Shown piece by piece: positions 1-10,348 of a stretch of DNA of 64,000 bases. The stretch comes from a virus: IMG/VR virus record IMGVR_UViG_3300017963_002783, positions 5,471 to 69,470 of that record. One strand, written 5' to 3'. Each line of letters begins with the position of its first letter. Positions within the stretch are counted from its first letter, which is position 1. The notes under the pieces were generated by a model. That model saw only the letters and a list, made by a program, of their open reading frames with translations, was not told the origin of the DNA and ran no database searches. A program made the translations under genes and the position numbers.

Positions 1-24
1 AGCAAGCGCAAGGACCGGAAAGAT

Positions 25-1383
25 ATGGAGCGCATGTTCGAGGAGCTTCACGTCACCCCGGAGCAGGCAAAGCGGGCCTTCCCGAAAAAGAAGAACCAGA
101 TTGACGACTATGTGGTGGCCACGAAAGAGGGGGACGAGAACGAGTCCACCTCCAGGGATTCCGGCGCTCCGGACGAATACACCGATCCGAAGGCGTATTA
201 TTACGATAAGGGAAGCGATACGCTCAAGATTATCGTCTACTGGTACAAGGATTACGAGTCCGCTACAAAAATCATAGATACCGTATCGGGATCCGTGTTC
301 GACTCCCCGAAGCCGGCGGAGCAGGTGGAAAAGGAGATTGCGAAACTCAGCAAAGCCCCGGAACGATTCCAGCTTCTGGAGAAGCAGTTCATTCGGGTGC
401 GCTATCTTATATTTTGCGCGGACCTTATTTTAGAAGAGGGCGTTACTCCATGGGAACGCCCGGACGGGCTTCCTACGGACCTCTCGGAAGACTTCCCGTT
501 CGTAATATTCGAACCGGACAGGCTTTTTGTGGGCACTCGCCAGGAACTCATCAGCCTCGTAAATCCCCTGAAAGATCCCCAGAAGTATTACAACAAACTC
601 GCATCGGCAGTTCTGGAGATTATCGGCACCCAGGCGAATAGCGGCACGGACTACGAGGAGGGCGCGGCGGAACCCGATTGGGAAGAGAAGCTCAAGAAGT
701 TCGGCTCGAAGCCCGGGTTCAACATGAAATGGAACACGGGGGCTTTGGCGGAAAACAGAGTCCACTACAGGCAGCCGGGAAGCCCCCCTCAAGGCCACAT
801 TATAGGCGCCAGGGACCTCTACAAGAGCCTCCTGGACATCTCGGGCGTGGAGTCTTTAATCAATACCGAAACGCTCGGAAAACAGGCCTCCGGGGTGGCC
901 ATCGACCTAAAACAAAGGCAGGGCGGGAACATTATCCAGTGGCTTTACGCATCGTTCCGGTTCTTTCAGCACCTTCTGGCGGACAAGGAGCGGGATGCCA
1001 TCCAGATGCAATTTGACTACGAGAAGGTGATTCGGATAAAGGGCCACAAACCCCGGTACGTGCGGGTCAATGAGGCCGTTTATGACGAAATGGGCGCCAT
1101 CACGACCGTCCTGAACGATGTGACCACCGGGCGGTACGATGTCACGGTGTCCGACAAGGAACTCATGCCCACCATGAGAATCGAGCGGTTCAAGTATTTC
1201 GTGGAACTGGTCAAATCGGGAGCATTGGTCCTGCCCCCGGAAGTCATGACTAAAATCGTCTTGACGCTCATGGACGACCCGGAACTCAAGACCATCGTGG
1301 AAGACGAGATGGCGGACTTTTATCAGGCGGCTCAGGCGGCTATGGGTCCCGGTGGGATGCCCATGCAGCAGGCCGCTGCATAA
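25..1383 (+). CDS. Portal protein, P22-like (5' part outside the window)
   Basis: Motifs typical of P22-like portals (LKDPQKYYNK, ASGVAIDLKQRQG, NDVTTGRYDVTV); upstream of scaffold and capsid genes; frame open to the window edge. Confidence 0.85.
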   Translation: MERMFEELHVTPEQAKRAFPKKKNQIDDYVVATKEGDENESTSRDSGAPDEYTDPKAYYYDKGSDTLKIIVYWYKDYESATKIIDTVSGSVFDSPKPAEQVEKEIAKLSKAPERFQLLEKQFIRVRYLIFCADLILEEGVTPWERPDGLPTDLSEDFPFVIFEPDRLFVGTRQELISLVNPLKDPQKYYNKLASAVLEIIGTQANSGTDYEEGAAEPDWEEKLKKFGSKPGFNMKWNTGALAENRVHYRQPGSPPQGHIIGARDLYKSLLDISGVESLINTETLGKQASGVAIDLKQRQGGNIIQWLYASFRFFQHLLADKERDAIQMQFDYEKVIRIKGHKPRYVRVNEAVYDEMGAITTVLNDVTTGRYDVTVSDKELMPTMRIERFKYFVELVKSGALVLPPEVMTKIVLTLMDDPELKTIVEDEMADFYQAAQAAMGPGGMPMQQAAA

Positions 1384-1397
1384 AGGGAGATTATGAC

Positions 1398-1823
1398 ATG
1401 AAAAAATTGTGTGTTTTCCTAGCCTTGATAGTTTTTTTTGTGGCCGGGGCCGTTTATGCCGAACCGACCACAACGGAATCGGACACTACGGTAGAAGTCT
1501 CGGAAATAGACGCTGATTGGACTTATTCCTCAAGCTGCATGATGTACGGCAGGGACGGCATGGGAGTCCGCATGGACTGGATTCTGTTCGTCCCGGGCGA
1601 AGGCTGGGAAGTGGGAACGCTCGGTTGCTACGTTGCGATCAAGAACGGAAGCGATTCGGGTCCCATTATTTATTACGCCCAAGCCTCTGATCTTGCGAGC
1701 GGTATGGCTCCTTTTCCCATTTATTACCACGGGGCCAAAATCAGGCCCGTGATCGACTTTTCGGCCTCTTCCGTGGGTCATGATAGCTCTAAGGTGATTT
1801 TTCAACTCTGGCCACAGCAATAA
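1398..1823 (+). CDS. Hypothetical exported protein (Sec signal peptide)
   Basis: RBS GGGAGA; N-terminus MKKLCVFLALIVFFVAGAVYA-EP has basic, hydrophobic and VYA cleavage regions. Confidence 0.65.
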   Translation: MKKLCVFLALIVFFVAGAVYAEPTTTESDTTVEVSEIDADWTYSSSCMMYGRDGMGVRMDWILFVPGEGWEVGTLGCYVAIKNGSDSGPIIYYAQASDLASGMAPFPIYYHGAKIRPVIDFSASSVGHDSSKVIFQLWPQQ

Positions 1824-1970
1824 AAGGAGGATTCATGACGGCAGTTAGACGCAAGGGTGGTTGGAAAATAAAAAGCCACAAAACGGGTAAAGTTTACCCA
1901 AAAACCTACAAGAGTAAAAAGGCGGCAGACAAGCGCATCAGGCAAATGAAGGCGCACAGTAAGGATTGAG

Positions 1971-2447
1971 ATGGCCAGATTCGGCAAGTCCCAAACATGG
2001 GTGCAGGACCTCGAGCAAGACGACAGGGAACTTTATTCGTCCATCCTGGTACTGACGGGACCCAAGAGCATTATCCTGTCCGAAGAGATGGAACTGCCCA
2101 AGCTGAAAGAAATGTTCGACAAGGTACTCACGTTTTTCATCCCGGATGACTACGGAGAGTTTCCCGATACTTCCGGCTATACGGCGGAAAACTGGGAAGA
2201 ACTGGAGAGTGAGCTGGAAGACCCAGCCCTTTTCCGGTACACGCAGAAAGCCCTTGATGCTGTGGTAGAGTTCAACGAAAAAAGAATGAAACAAATGGAT
2301 AAAAGGGGCTACACCGAGATCGAGGGCTTCTTGCACGTACCGAAGTTCGGCAACCGCGTTTTCGCCGTGGGAGGCTTCGTAAGGGGCTACTCGCCGAAAC
2401 TTATCATGACTCCATCCCAATATCTCAGGTCGCAGGTAATTCATTGA
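1971..2447 (+). CDS. Hypothetical protein
   Basis: 158 aa ORF in operon orientation with a plausible RBS. Confidence 0.6.
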   Translation: MARFGKSQTWVQDLEQDDRELYSSILVLTGPKSIILSEEMELPKLKEMFDKVLTFFIPDDYGEFPDTSGYTAENWEELESELEDPALFRYTQKALDAVVEFNEKRMKQMDKRGYTEIEGFLHVPKFGNRVFAVGGFVRGYSPKLIMTPSQYLRSQVIH

Positions 2448-2491
2448 AAAATGCTTCTGGTGCCGGATTATTGCTTTGGTTGGAATCCGAG

Positions 2492-3460
2492 ATGAAAAAA
2501 GTTTCCATCATTGTCCCCACGAGGAACGAAGAGGAGTTCATCGGGCCTTGCCTGGACTCCCTTATTCGGAACAAGGGGCTTTATCCCGAAATCGAAATCA
2601 TCGTGGTGGACGGCCACAGCACGGACCGGACAAGGGAGATTTGCGAATCCTACGGTGATGAGATCAAGTGCCTGAGCAACCCGCATAGGATTTTTCCCGC
2701 AGCCGTGAACCTTGGGGTTCTCTACGCCACGGGTGAGATCGTTATGATCGTGGGGGCCCATGCGGTTTACCAACCGGATTATGTCAAAATCTGTGTTGAT
2801 ATTCTTATGACTTCCAGTTTTCATAATGTCGGTGGCACGATCAATTACATCCCGCGCAGTCCGGGACTTATCGCCCGGGCCCTTACGATTATCAAGAGCG
2901 ACAAGTTCGGGGTGGGCAAGTCCGAGTTCCGGGTAGGGGTTGATTCCGCACAACCCGTAGATACGGTGTTCGGCGGGTGTTACTGGAAGTGGTTGTTCGA
3001 TAGAATAGGCCCGTTCGACGAAAGACTCCGGTTCAGTTCCGACCTGGACTTCAACCTGAGACTCAAGAAGGCCGGATATCGGACTGTTCTCCTGCCATGG
3101 GTCAAGACGGACTATTGGTGCCGCTCGGAGTTCAAGCCGTTTATGAAGAAGGCTTTCGAGGACGGCCAGTGGATTATCTACCCGTGGGCCATTACGGGCA
3201 GGCCGCTCAGGGGGCGCCATTTTGTTCCCTTAGCGTTCGTATCGCTCTTACCTGTGTCTATCTGGCCCTACTTGATTCTTAATTTTGCCAGATGCTTTCA
3301 GATTGGTTTCGGGAAGCGGGACTGGAAAACGGGGCTTGCCCTATCCTTTCTGTTTCCCGCTTATCATGTGTGTTACGGCACGGGATCCCTCATAGCGTTG
3401 CTTAAAGCATTCGGAGGTAAACTAGGTGAAGCACGTTCTGGTACTTGCCCCGCACGTTGA
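2492..3460 (+). CDS. GT2 family glycosyltransferase (ExoA-like)
   Basis: VSIIVPTRNEE, IIVVDGHSTDRT, FDERL..SSDLDFNLRL and C-terminal hydrophobic helices. Start refined to ATG 2492. Confidence 0.9.
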   Translation: MKKVSIIVPTRNEEEFIGPCLDSLIRNKGLYPEIEIIVVDGHSTDRTREICESYGDEIKCLSNPHRIFPAAVNLGVLYATGEIVMIVGAHAVYQPDYVKICVDILMTSSFHNVGGTINYIPRSPGLIARALTIIKSDKFGVGKSEFRVGVDSAQPVDTVFGGCYWKWLFDRIGPFDERLRFSSDLDFNLRLKKAGYRTVLLPWVKTDYWCRSEFKPFMKKAFEDGQWIIYPWAITGRPLRGRHFVPLAFVSLLPVSIWPYLILNFARCFQIGFGKRDWKTGLALSFLFPAYHVCYGTGSLIALLKAFGGKLGEARSGTCPAR

Positions 3461-4046
3461 CGATGGCGAGATAGGCTGCGGCGGAAGTATTGTCAGGTTG
3501 ATAGAGCAGAACGATATCGTTTCCTATGTGACATTCAGCACGGCGAAGAAGTCCATCCCGAAAGGCTTTTCCCCTGACATTACGGAAAAGGAAGTCCGTA
3601 AGGCCACGGCGATACTCGGGGTGCAGAACCTGTCCATCCACGATTTCGAGGTGAGGGACTTCCCGGCGCACAGGCAGGAGCTACTGGAAATCCTTGTCGA
3701 ACTGAATAAAGACTTTCAGCCGGACATTGTTTTCGCGCCCTCACAGCACGACACGCACCAGGACCATAAGGTCATATCGGAAGAGGCGTTCAGGTCGTTC
3801 AAGACGAGTACCATATTCGGGTACGAAATTCCCTGGAACAATAACACCTTCTCGACGGATGCCTTCATCCCGCTTGCGAATCATCATGTCAGAAAAAAGG
3901 TCGAGGCGATAAAGGCCTACATGAGTCAGAAAATCCGGATGTACGGCGGGACGGAGTTCGTCCAGAACCTGGCCGCCGTGAGGGGGGCGTCCATCAGGAC
4001 GCAATATGCCGAGGCTTTCGAGGTAAACAGGTTGATATGGAAGTGA
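3426..4046 (+). CDS. PIG-L/LmbE family N-acetyl-sugar deacetylase
   Basis: LAPHVDDGEIGCGG and DTHQDH zinc motifs; YAEAF near the C-terminus. Confidence 0.9.
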   Translation: MKHVLVLAPHVDDGEIGCGGSIVRLIEQNDIVSYVTFSTAKKSIPKGFSPDITEKEVRKATAILGVQNLSIHDFEVRDFPAHRQELLEILVELNKDFQPDIVFAPSQHDTHQDHKVISEEAFRSFKTSTIFGYEIPWNNNTFSTDAFIPLANHHVRKKVEAIKAYMSQKIRMYGGTEFVQNLAAVRGASIRTQYAEAFEVNRLIWK

Positions 4047-4978
4047 AAATTATCGGCAAGAGGGGCAGCCTTCGACCCACGGGAAACAGCGATATTATTC
4101 TGGACCACGCCCTCCAGAACGCCATAGAGGAAGGGGCCGTCCTAAGCGAAGATTTCGACGGGGTTCTGCTATCCACACCCGTATATTTCGGGCGATACAG
4201 CTCCGAGATACGGCAGTTCATCCAGGGAACAGATTTGATGGGCAAGGCTGTGGGATGCCTGAGTGTGGGGGCCAAAAGAAACGGGGGTCAGGAGACGACT
4301 ATCTTGTTTGCCCTTTACGACTGCCTCGTAAAAGGCGCCATCGTGACGGGGAACGGTTCCCCAACAGGTCAGTTCGGGGGAACTGCCTGGGCGGGAAACG
4401 TCGGCGCGGTTAAGGAGGATGAGTTCGGCCTGGAGACTGTCGCCGGGACGGGCAGGCGTTTAGTGGACCTTGTGCGCCTTATGAACACACCGCAATCGCT
4501 CCGGATGCCCAATCTTCTGTTTATCACGAAGGACACGATTGACGCCCTGGATATAGAGCCTTGCAGAGCGTGTCCCGTTTGCCCGAACGGAGATTTGGAT
4601 GCAGACTACACCTGCTGCGTTAAGGACGGCATGGTGGACTTTCAGGAAAAACTTGCCGAAGCGGACGGGATTATCTTCTACTCGAGCGCGAACGATTCGG
4701 ACAAGTTCTTTACCTTTCTGGAACGCACCCGCTTTATCCGCAGAAACCATTTCGAGCTCCAGAACAAAATCGGGAGCGCAATAGGCGACCCTATTTTCAA
4801 GATGCAGAGTTTGTCGTTCTTTTTGCGCCAGAATATGTTCGTGGCTTTTCATCCCATGACGTTCGGGAATGCCGTGTATCGGTCCATGCAGTACAGAACG
4901 GAAACGCACTCCAGCATTAAGTACGTCCCGGTAGGGTATCAAGATGCAAAGGATGGGGCATTATGCTACCGCGATTAA
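4037..4978 (+). CDS. Two-domain flavodoxin / iron-sulfur flavoprotein (NAD(P)H-FMN reductase family)
   Basis: STPVYFG, RNGGQETT and GGTAWAG in domain 1; CRACPVC...C Fe-S motif and ADGIIF in domain 2. Confidence 0.75.
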   Translation: MEVKIIGKRGSLRPTGNSDIILDHALQNAIEEGAVLSEDFDGVLLSTPVYFGRYSSEIRQFIQGTDLMGKAVGCLSVGAKRNGGQETTILFALYDCLVKGAIVTGNGSPTGQFGGTAWAGNVGAVKEDEFGLETVAGTGRRLVDLVRLMNTPQSLRMPNLLFITKDTIDALDIEPCRACPVCPNGDLDADYTCCVKDGMVDFQEKLAEADGIIFYSSANDSDKFFTFLERTRFIRRNHFELQNKIGSAIGDPIFKMQSLSFFLRQNMFVAFHPMTFGNAVYRSMQYRTETHSSIKYVPVGYQDAKDGALCYRD

Positions 4979-5994
4979 CGATTCTCGTATCGGCGGCAGG
5001 AGCACCCGGAACCTACACCCTTATTAAGAAGCTCAAGGAAGACGTTCCGGATATTCGGATTATAGCCTGTGACATGCAGGAAGAAGTGGCGGCGAAGTTC
5101 ATTGCGGACGCTTACTATCAGGTTCCGCTGGCAGAATCGGCGCAATATCTTCCAGACCTTTGTGCCATTTTCGCAATGGAAAAGGTAGACGTTTTCTTTC
5201 CCACATCGAGTGCCGAGGTGCCGAAGGTAAGCAGGGAGAAGGACTTCATTGAACAGAGCGGCGTAAAGGTTCTAGTGTCCGACATCTATGGCATCAAAAT
5301 GGCCACAGATAAAGGCTACCTGTATTCAATACTGGAAAATTATGTCCCTGTCCCCAAGGTTTGTGAATCTGTTACGTGGGGACAGTTCGAAATACTCGCT
5401 CATCATTTGGGCTATCCTGACAAGAAAGTCTGCTTTAAGCCCCCCATATCCAAGGGGAGCCGAGGGTTTCGGATCATAGATGCCAAGGTTGACACGAAAA
5501 ACCAGATGCTCAGAAAGAAGCCCGGGGAGTGCCTTTCGGTCAGCATGAATCAGGTCAAGGAGTGGTTCGGGGACGACAGGTTCCTCCCCCAACTGCTTCT
5601 CATGGAATACGTCGAGGGTCCCGCTTACGACTGCATGGTCTTGGCCCACAACGGCAAGGCCCTCTTGACGACCGTCAAGACCAGGGAAAAGGAACGCTGG
5701 GGCATTATTACGGAAGGGGAGTTGATAGAAAGCCCGTCACATGTGAAGATGTGTTCCGCAATCGTTCGGGAACTCAACCTGTCGTACAACGTCAGCATCC
5801 AGTTCATAGGGGACACGCTGATAGAGGTTAACCCTCGCACCTCCACCTATATCTACGGGGACGACTTCAACGAGCCGTGGCTTGCCATACAGCTTGCCAT
5901 GGGCTGGATAACGGAAGAGGAAGTTATGGCCTATCAGGACAAAGTGCCCATAGGTCGCCGCATGGTCAGGTATATGGACCAAATATTTTATTGA
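4963..5994 (+). CDS. ATP-grasp ligase of polysaccharide-cluster type
   Basis: KPPISKGSRG, LLMEYVEG and IEVNPR ATP-grasp motifs. Confidence 0.85.
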   Translation: MLPRLTILVSAAGAPGTYTLIKKLKEDVPDIRIIACDMQEEVAAKFIADAYYQVPLAESAQYLPDLCAIFAMEKVDVFFPTSSAEVPKVSREKDFIEQSGVKVLVSDIYGIKMATDKGYLYSILENYVPVPKVCESVTWGQFEILAHHLGYPDKKVCFKPPISKGSRGFRIIDAKVDTKNQMLRKKPGECLSVSMNQVKEWFGDDRFLPQLLLMEYVEGPAYDCMVLAHNGKALLTTVKTREKERWGIITEGELIESPSHVKMCSAIVRELNLSYNVSIQFIGDTLIEVNPRTSTYIYGDDFNEPWLAIQLAMGWITEEEVMAYQDKVPIGRRMVRYMDQIFY

Positions 5995-6005
5995 GGTGAG
6001 AAGGT

Positions 6006-7115
6006 ATGAGAACCTGTATACGCTGCGTGATGGACGAGACGGACCCCGAGATATGCTTTGACGAACAGGGGTTATGTAACCACTGTCGGGCCTACGATAA
6101 GCGCATCCAGACCGAACTGCATTACGGTCAGACGGCACGGGGGGAGCTTTATAAGGTACTTCATACGATACGCACCGAGGGCCACTGGAAGCCCTATGAC
6201 TGCGTGATCGGCCTGTCGGGTGGTGTGGACAGCTCCTACGTGGCCTTGAAACTCAAGGAGATGAAGATACGGCCTTTGGCGGTCATTATCGACAATGGCT
6301 GGGACACGGAACTCGGGAAGCAGAACGTCCGGGAACTGGTCTTCGCGCTCGACCTGAACGCCCTGTACGTCCAGCTTAACGAGGACAGATTCAAGGACTT
6401 GCAGTTGAGTTTTCTCAAGGCGGGTGTGGCGAACGTAGAGATTCCCACCGACCACCTCATCACGGCGGGCCTGTACGAAGTGGCTTATCGGTCTAACATT
6501 CGCTGGGTTGTTCATGGGGGCAACATCGTCACTGAAAGCATCATGCCCGAAAGCTGGGGCTACGACGCGAAGGACTGGCGGCATATTAAGGCCATCCAGA
6601 AGCGATTCGGGCAGTACGACATAGATGGCTTTGCCCACCTGACCGTCCCGAAATGGTTCTGGCTGACCTTTGTGAAAAAAATCAAGTGGTTCCCCATTCT
6701 GAACTACATCAGATACGACCGCAAGAAAGCGGTAGAGGAACTCAAGGCCAAGATTCCCGGCTGGCAGGATTACGGGCTGAAGCACTTCGAAAGCCTCTAT
6801 ACAAGGTGGATACAGGGCTATTTCCTTCCCAAAAGATGGAACGTGGATAAGCGCAGGGCGCATTTTTCGACGCTTATCAACTCGCACCAAATGACCCGTA
6901 AGGATGCCTTGCTCGAACTGGAAAAGCCCATTAACGATTGGTACCCGCAATATCAGGAAGATATGGCCGAAGTACGGGCAGGATTCGGCTTGTCTTTGCC
7001 GACATTCGAGCATTACTTGAAGATGCCCAAGGTGAGGCATGAACAATACCCGAACAACAAATGGCTCTGGAAATTTGCAGGGCACGCAAGAAAAGTTGCG
7101 ATCATGGCAAGGTAA
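6006..7115 (+). CDS. N-acetyl-sugar amidotransferase (WbpG-like)
   Basis: N-terminal CxRC..D and CNHC, PP-loop SGGVDSS, YGLKHFES and DKRRAHFS motifs. Confidence 0.9.
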   Translation: MRTCIRCVMDETDPEICFDEQGLCNHCRAYDKRIQTELHYGQTARGELYKVLHTIRTEGHWKPYDCVIGLSGGVDSSYVALKLKEMKIRPLAVIIDNGWDTELGKQNVRELVFALDLNALYVQLNEDRFKDLQLSFLKAGVANVEIPTDHLITAGLYEVAYRSNIRWVVHGGNIVTESIMPESWGYDAKDWRHIKAIQKRFGQYDIDGFAHLTVPKWFWLTFVKKIKWFPILNYIRYDRKKAVEELKAKIPGWQDYGLKHFESLYTRWIQGYFLPKRWNVDKRRAHFSTLINSHQMTRKDALLELEKPINDWYPQYQEDMAEVRAGFGLSLPTFEHYLKMPKVRHEQYPNNKWLWKFAGHARKVAIMAR

Positions 7116-7508
7116 TAAGATAGGAGGTAAGAACTGTGTTTTTTGAAGATTGGGAAATTATAGTCAGATATAGAGATTATGATGAAATCTTGGAAATCGT
7201 ACCTATAAAAAAGAATCTTGATGGTTCTAGGGTGATAGCTTATCCAGAAAATGGTAGCTGGAGTTGCACGGAAACGCCACATGGACAAAGGTTTCCAGAT
7301 GATATTAGGGATAAGCTCCTTAGTATGCCTAGTGCATTGGCAGAAAAACTTTTTATTACATTGGGCAAACGATTCATACCAAAAGGTCCTACTGCGACAG
7401 AGAAAGAATTGGAGGCCACAAAATTTCATCTCAAAGATATGAGAGAAATCGTAAGGGTGCAATTATCGCTAAGAAAATGGTCTTAGGTAATAAGATAGGA
7501 GGTAAGAA
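7110..7508 (+). repeat. 24 bp direct repeat AGGTAATAAGATAGGAGGTAAGAA (7110-7133 and 7485-7508)
   Basis: Identical copies flank ORF 7136-7486; each contains stop codons and a Shine-Dalgarno. Confidence 0.9.
7136..7486 (+). CDS. Hypothetical protein (AT-rich, moron-like)
   Basis: GTG start after AGGAGG; visibly lower GC than neighbours. Confidence 0.6.
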   Translation: MFFEDWEIIVRYRDYDEILEIVPIKKNLDGSRVIAYPENGSWSCTETPHGQRFPDDIRDKLLSMPSALAEKLFITLGKRFIPKGPTATEKELEATKFHLKDMREIVRVQLSLRKWS

Positions 7509-7510
7509 AA

Positions 7511-7822
7511 ATGGATATTTTTTTTATTTTGGTTGCTACGCTCCCTATATGGGGAACCGCTTTGATTATGCTTAATGTTTACGCTTTTCCGAAATGTTGG
7601 ATTTGCGGTAAACGCAGTTGGCATCAGAACATGAGAGAGAGCGGAGGATTTGCGGCATGGGCACTCAGTAAACCATATTTTTATCATCAATCTTGTTTAG
7701 AAAAAACAGGATATTCCAGTTTTGTAGAACTAGAGATGGCAAACTGGATAAAATGTAACGAGAAAAGAGAGAAGAGAAAAGCTGAACGCGAGGCAAGATG
7801 GAATGCCAAACACGCTCAGTAG
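7511..7822 (+). CDS. Hypothetical membrane-anchored protein with CxxC (moron-like)
   Basis: N-terminal TM helix, CWIC motif, strong RBS. Confidence 0.6.
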   Translation: MDIFFILVATLPIWGTALIMLNVYAFPKCWICGKRSWHQNMRESGGFAAWALSKPYFYHQSCLEKTGYSSFVELEMANWIKCNEKREKRKAEREARWNAKHAQ

Positions 7823-8159
7823 ATTTAAGAAACGCTACGCCCACCACCGCAACCTACTTGCCAGGGGCCATACGGAGATAAGCCTATTCTACAGCACCAT
7901 CTCCATGTCCCTCATCGTGTGGCTGGCCATCAGGGACTCGGTGACTATCAGACGGGAGTGGGCCTTTGTGGTCATTCCGCTGATTATCCTTGTGGCAGCG
8001 ACCATCCAGTATCTTGTGGGCTATCTCATGGACAGGTACAAGGTGATTCAGGATTTGCAGGAGTGGGATTTTTCTCGCAACCCGCTCATTCAATATCTCT
8101 ACGACAAGGCGAAAAGAGAGGTGGAAGATAATGAAGATACTCTACATCGCCAACTTTGA
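7803..8159 (+). CDS. Hypothetical two-TM membrane protein
   Basis: Two hydrophobic segments; overlaps both neighbours in the operon. Confidence 0.55.
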   Translation: MPNTLSRFKKRYAHHRNLLARGHTEISLFYSTISMSLIVWLAIRDSVTIRREWAFVVIPLIILVAATIQYLVGYLMDRYKVIQDLQEWDFSRNPLIQYLYDKAKREVEDNEDTLHRQL

Positions 8160-9057
8160 CGATATCCACTCGGAACGCTGGTGTTCATTCTTTGAACAGT
8201 CAGGGCATGAGGTTCACAGGTATCATGCTCCCCGGTTTTCCCTGAAGGCCATCCTCGGACTCAGGCACATGATTCAGTTCTGGAAGCCGGACGTGCTTCA
8301 CGCCCAGTATGCAGGGGCCTGGGGACTGATGGGGGCTTTGTGTTTTTTTCATCCCTATGTGGTGACCATCCACGGTTCGGAGTTCCTTCTGGCCAGAAGC
8401 TGGCGAAGACGGCTTGTGGACTGGGTTCTCAAAAGGGCCGACCTGATTACCACGGATTCCACTCGCATCCTGAAGCAATTGGATCCCAGAAAAGGCAGGT
8501 TGATACGGTTTGGGGTCGATGTGGAGAAGTTCAAGCCAAATGATGGTACAAAATATCCCCAAACTGTTGCTTATCGGGTTGGTCAAGGGGTTGTATACGA
8601 TAAAGAAACCGTTATGTCTTGCTTGGAAATCCTATTCTTTGAATATAAGCCTATTTATTGGTGGCCCCTTGAGAATATGATAGAAGAGGAAATGATACAT
8701 CTTTTACAACATATGGATGTTTACATCTCCACTACTCTCTCTGACGCTGGCATTGCCTCCACTACCGCGGAAGCTATGGCCTGCGAGTTGCCCTGTGTTG
8801 TTAGTGACGTGGCAGAAAACAGCGAATGGATAGAACACGGCGTGAACGGGTTTCTCTTCCCAGCGGCCGACCATCAGAGCCTGGCCGCCTATATCAAAAT
8901 CCTTCTTGAAAACCCGGGCCTCCGCCGCAAGTTTGGCGAGAGGTCACGGAAGATTATATGCGACCGGAACAACTGGCACACCGAAATGGCCAAGATGGAA
9001 AAACTTTACAAGGAGTTAGCCGATGGCAAAAAAGGACGAAAAGAAAACGCTGTATAG
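8131..9057 (+). CDS. GT4 family glycosyltransferase
   Basis: PDVLHAQY, TIHGSE, FGVDVEKF, EAMACELPCVVSD and NGFLF motifs. Confidence 0.9.
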   Translation: MKILYIANFDDIHSERWCSFFEQSGHEVHRYHAPRFSLKAILGLRHMIQFWKPDVLHAQYAGAWGLMGALCFFHPYVVTIHGSEFLLARSWRRRLVDWVLKRADLITTDSTRILKQLDPRKGRLIRFGVDVEKFKPNDGTKYPQTVAYRVGQGVVYDKETVMSCLEILFFEYKPIYWWPLENMIEEEMIHLLQHMDVYISTTLSDAGIASTTAEAMACELPCVVSDVAENSEWIEHGVNGFLFPAADHQSLAAYIKILLENPGLRRKFGERSRKIICDRNNWHTEMAKMEKLYKELADGKKGRKENAV

Positions 9058-9382
9058 CTGCAACCTGGAGCTTGTCCGAATCAACGAGTACAACCTGCGC
9101 TACAGGGTCGTGAACGAGGAGGGCCTGGACCTGGACGTTCATCACTTGGAGTTCGACCGGAAAGGCTTCCCGAGGGATGATAACTTCAATATGGACTTCC
9201 TCAATATGAAAATTGTGGATCCCGAACCCGTGCCCGATCCGAAGGACCCGGAAAACCCAGTACCCGTTACAGATAAGGAGTACGCGGACTATCTGGCGCA
9301 CAAAAGGGGCGCAGAGATGATGCGTAAGAAACAAGCCGAATTCCGAAAACTCCTGAAGTTGAGATTGACCATCACGGAGTAG
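9023..9382 (+). CDS. Hypothetical protein
   Basis: RBS AAGGAG; operon orientation. Confidence 0.55.
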   Translation: MAKKDEKKTLYSCNLELVRINEYNLRYRVVNEEGLDLDVHHLEFDRKGFPRDDNFNMDFLNMKIVDPEPVPDPKDPENPVPVTDKEYADYLAHKRGAEMMRKKQAEFRKLLKLRLTITE

Positions 9383-9388
9383 AATCCA

Positions 9389-10348
9389 TTGCGAATCCTC
9401 ATTACGGGTGGGGCGGGCTTCATTGGGTCCCACCTTTGCGACAAATACGTCGATTCTCCGGCCACGGTAATCTGCTATGACAACTTCCTGAGCGGGGATC
9501 TCCGCAATATCCGCCATCTTCTGGACTGCAACAACTTCAAGCTCATCAAGGGGGATGTGCGGGATACGGACGCCCTCGAGAAAGTCGTCAGGGATGTGGA
9601 CGTTATCTTCCACTTGGCGGCCCAGATTCATGTGGACAGGAGCTATGTGGAACCCGAACTGACCTGGGGCATCAACGTCACGGGAACCCAGAACGTCCTG
9701 GAGCTTGCTAGGCTGTACGATGTTAAGAAGGTTATTTTCGCATCGTCAAGCGAGATTTACGGCACGGCTCAAAAAGTTCCGATGGACGAGAGTCACCCGC
9801 TCGACGCCCCCCACCCTTACGGGGCGAGCAAGATTGCGGCTGACAGACTTTGCCACTCCTATGTTCAAACTTACGGAATGGAAGTCTGCGTGGTTCGATG
9901 CTTCAATGTCTTTGGTCCCCGGCAGCGTGCTGTCGGGTACGGGGGTGTTATCAGTATCTTCACCAGTAGAGCCTTATCAAATCATCCGCTTGTCATATTC
10001 GGGAACGGAGATCAAGTTCGGGACTATACCTACATCTCTGATGTGGTCAAAGCCTATGACGCCGTGCTTCGATATGACGGGACATTGCGAGTACCCGTCA
10101 ATTTCGGAACTGGCCAGAAAGTATCCATCCGGGAACTCGCGGAAAAAATAATCGAGTTATCGGGCTATCTCGCTTGCAGAATAGCTTATGCCGAAAAAAG
10201 ACAGAGCGAAGTGGATGCTCTTGTCTGCGACTACGGTAGGGCGTTCAAGATATTCGGGTGGCAACCGGAAGTGTCCTTAGAGGACGGGCTTTCCCTGTTT
10301 ATCGAATGGTACGAGAAGTATGGCTTCCAGGACCCACTCACTTTTTGA
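9389..10348 (+). CDS. NAD-dependent nucleotide-sugar epimerase/dehydratase (extended SDR)
   Basis: TGGAGFIGSHL, HLAA, YGASK (YxxxK), FNVFGPRQ, RDYTY. Confidence 0.95.
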   Translation: MRILITGGAGFIGSHLCDKYVDSPATVICYDNFLSGDLRNIRHLLDCNNFKLIKGDVRDTDALEKVVRDVDVIFHLAAQIHVDRSYVEPELTWGINVTGTQNVLELARLYDVKKVIFASSSEIYGTAQKVPMDESHPLDAPHPYGASKIAADRLCHSYVQTYGMEVCVVRCFNVFGPRQRAVGYGGVISIFTSRALSNHPLVIFGNGDQVRDYTYISDVVKAYDAVLRYDGTLRVPVNFGTGQKVSIRELAEKIIELSGYLACRIAYAEKRQSEVDALVCDYGRAFKIFGWQPEVSLEDGLSLFIEWYEKYGFQDPLTF

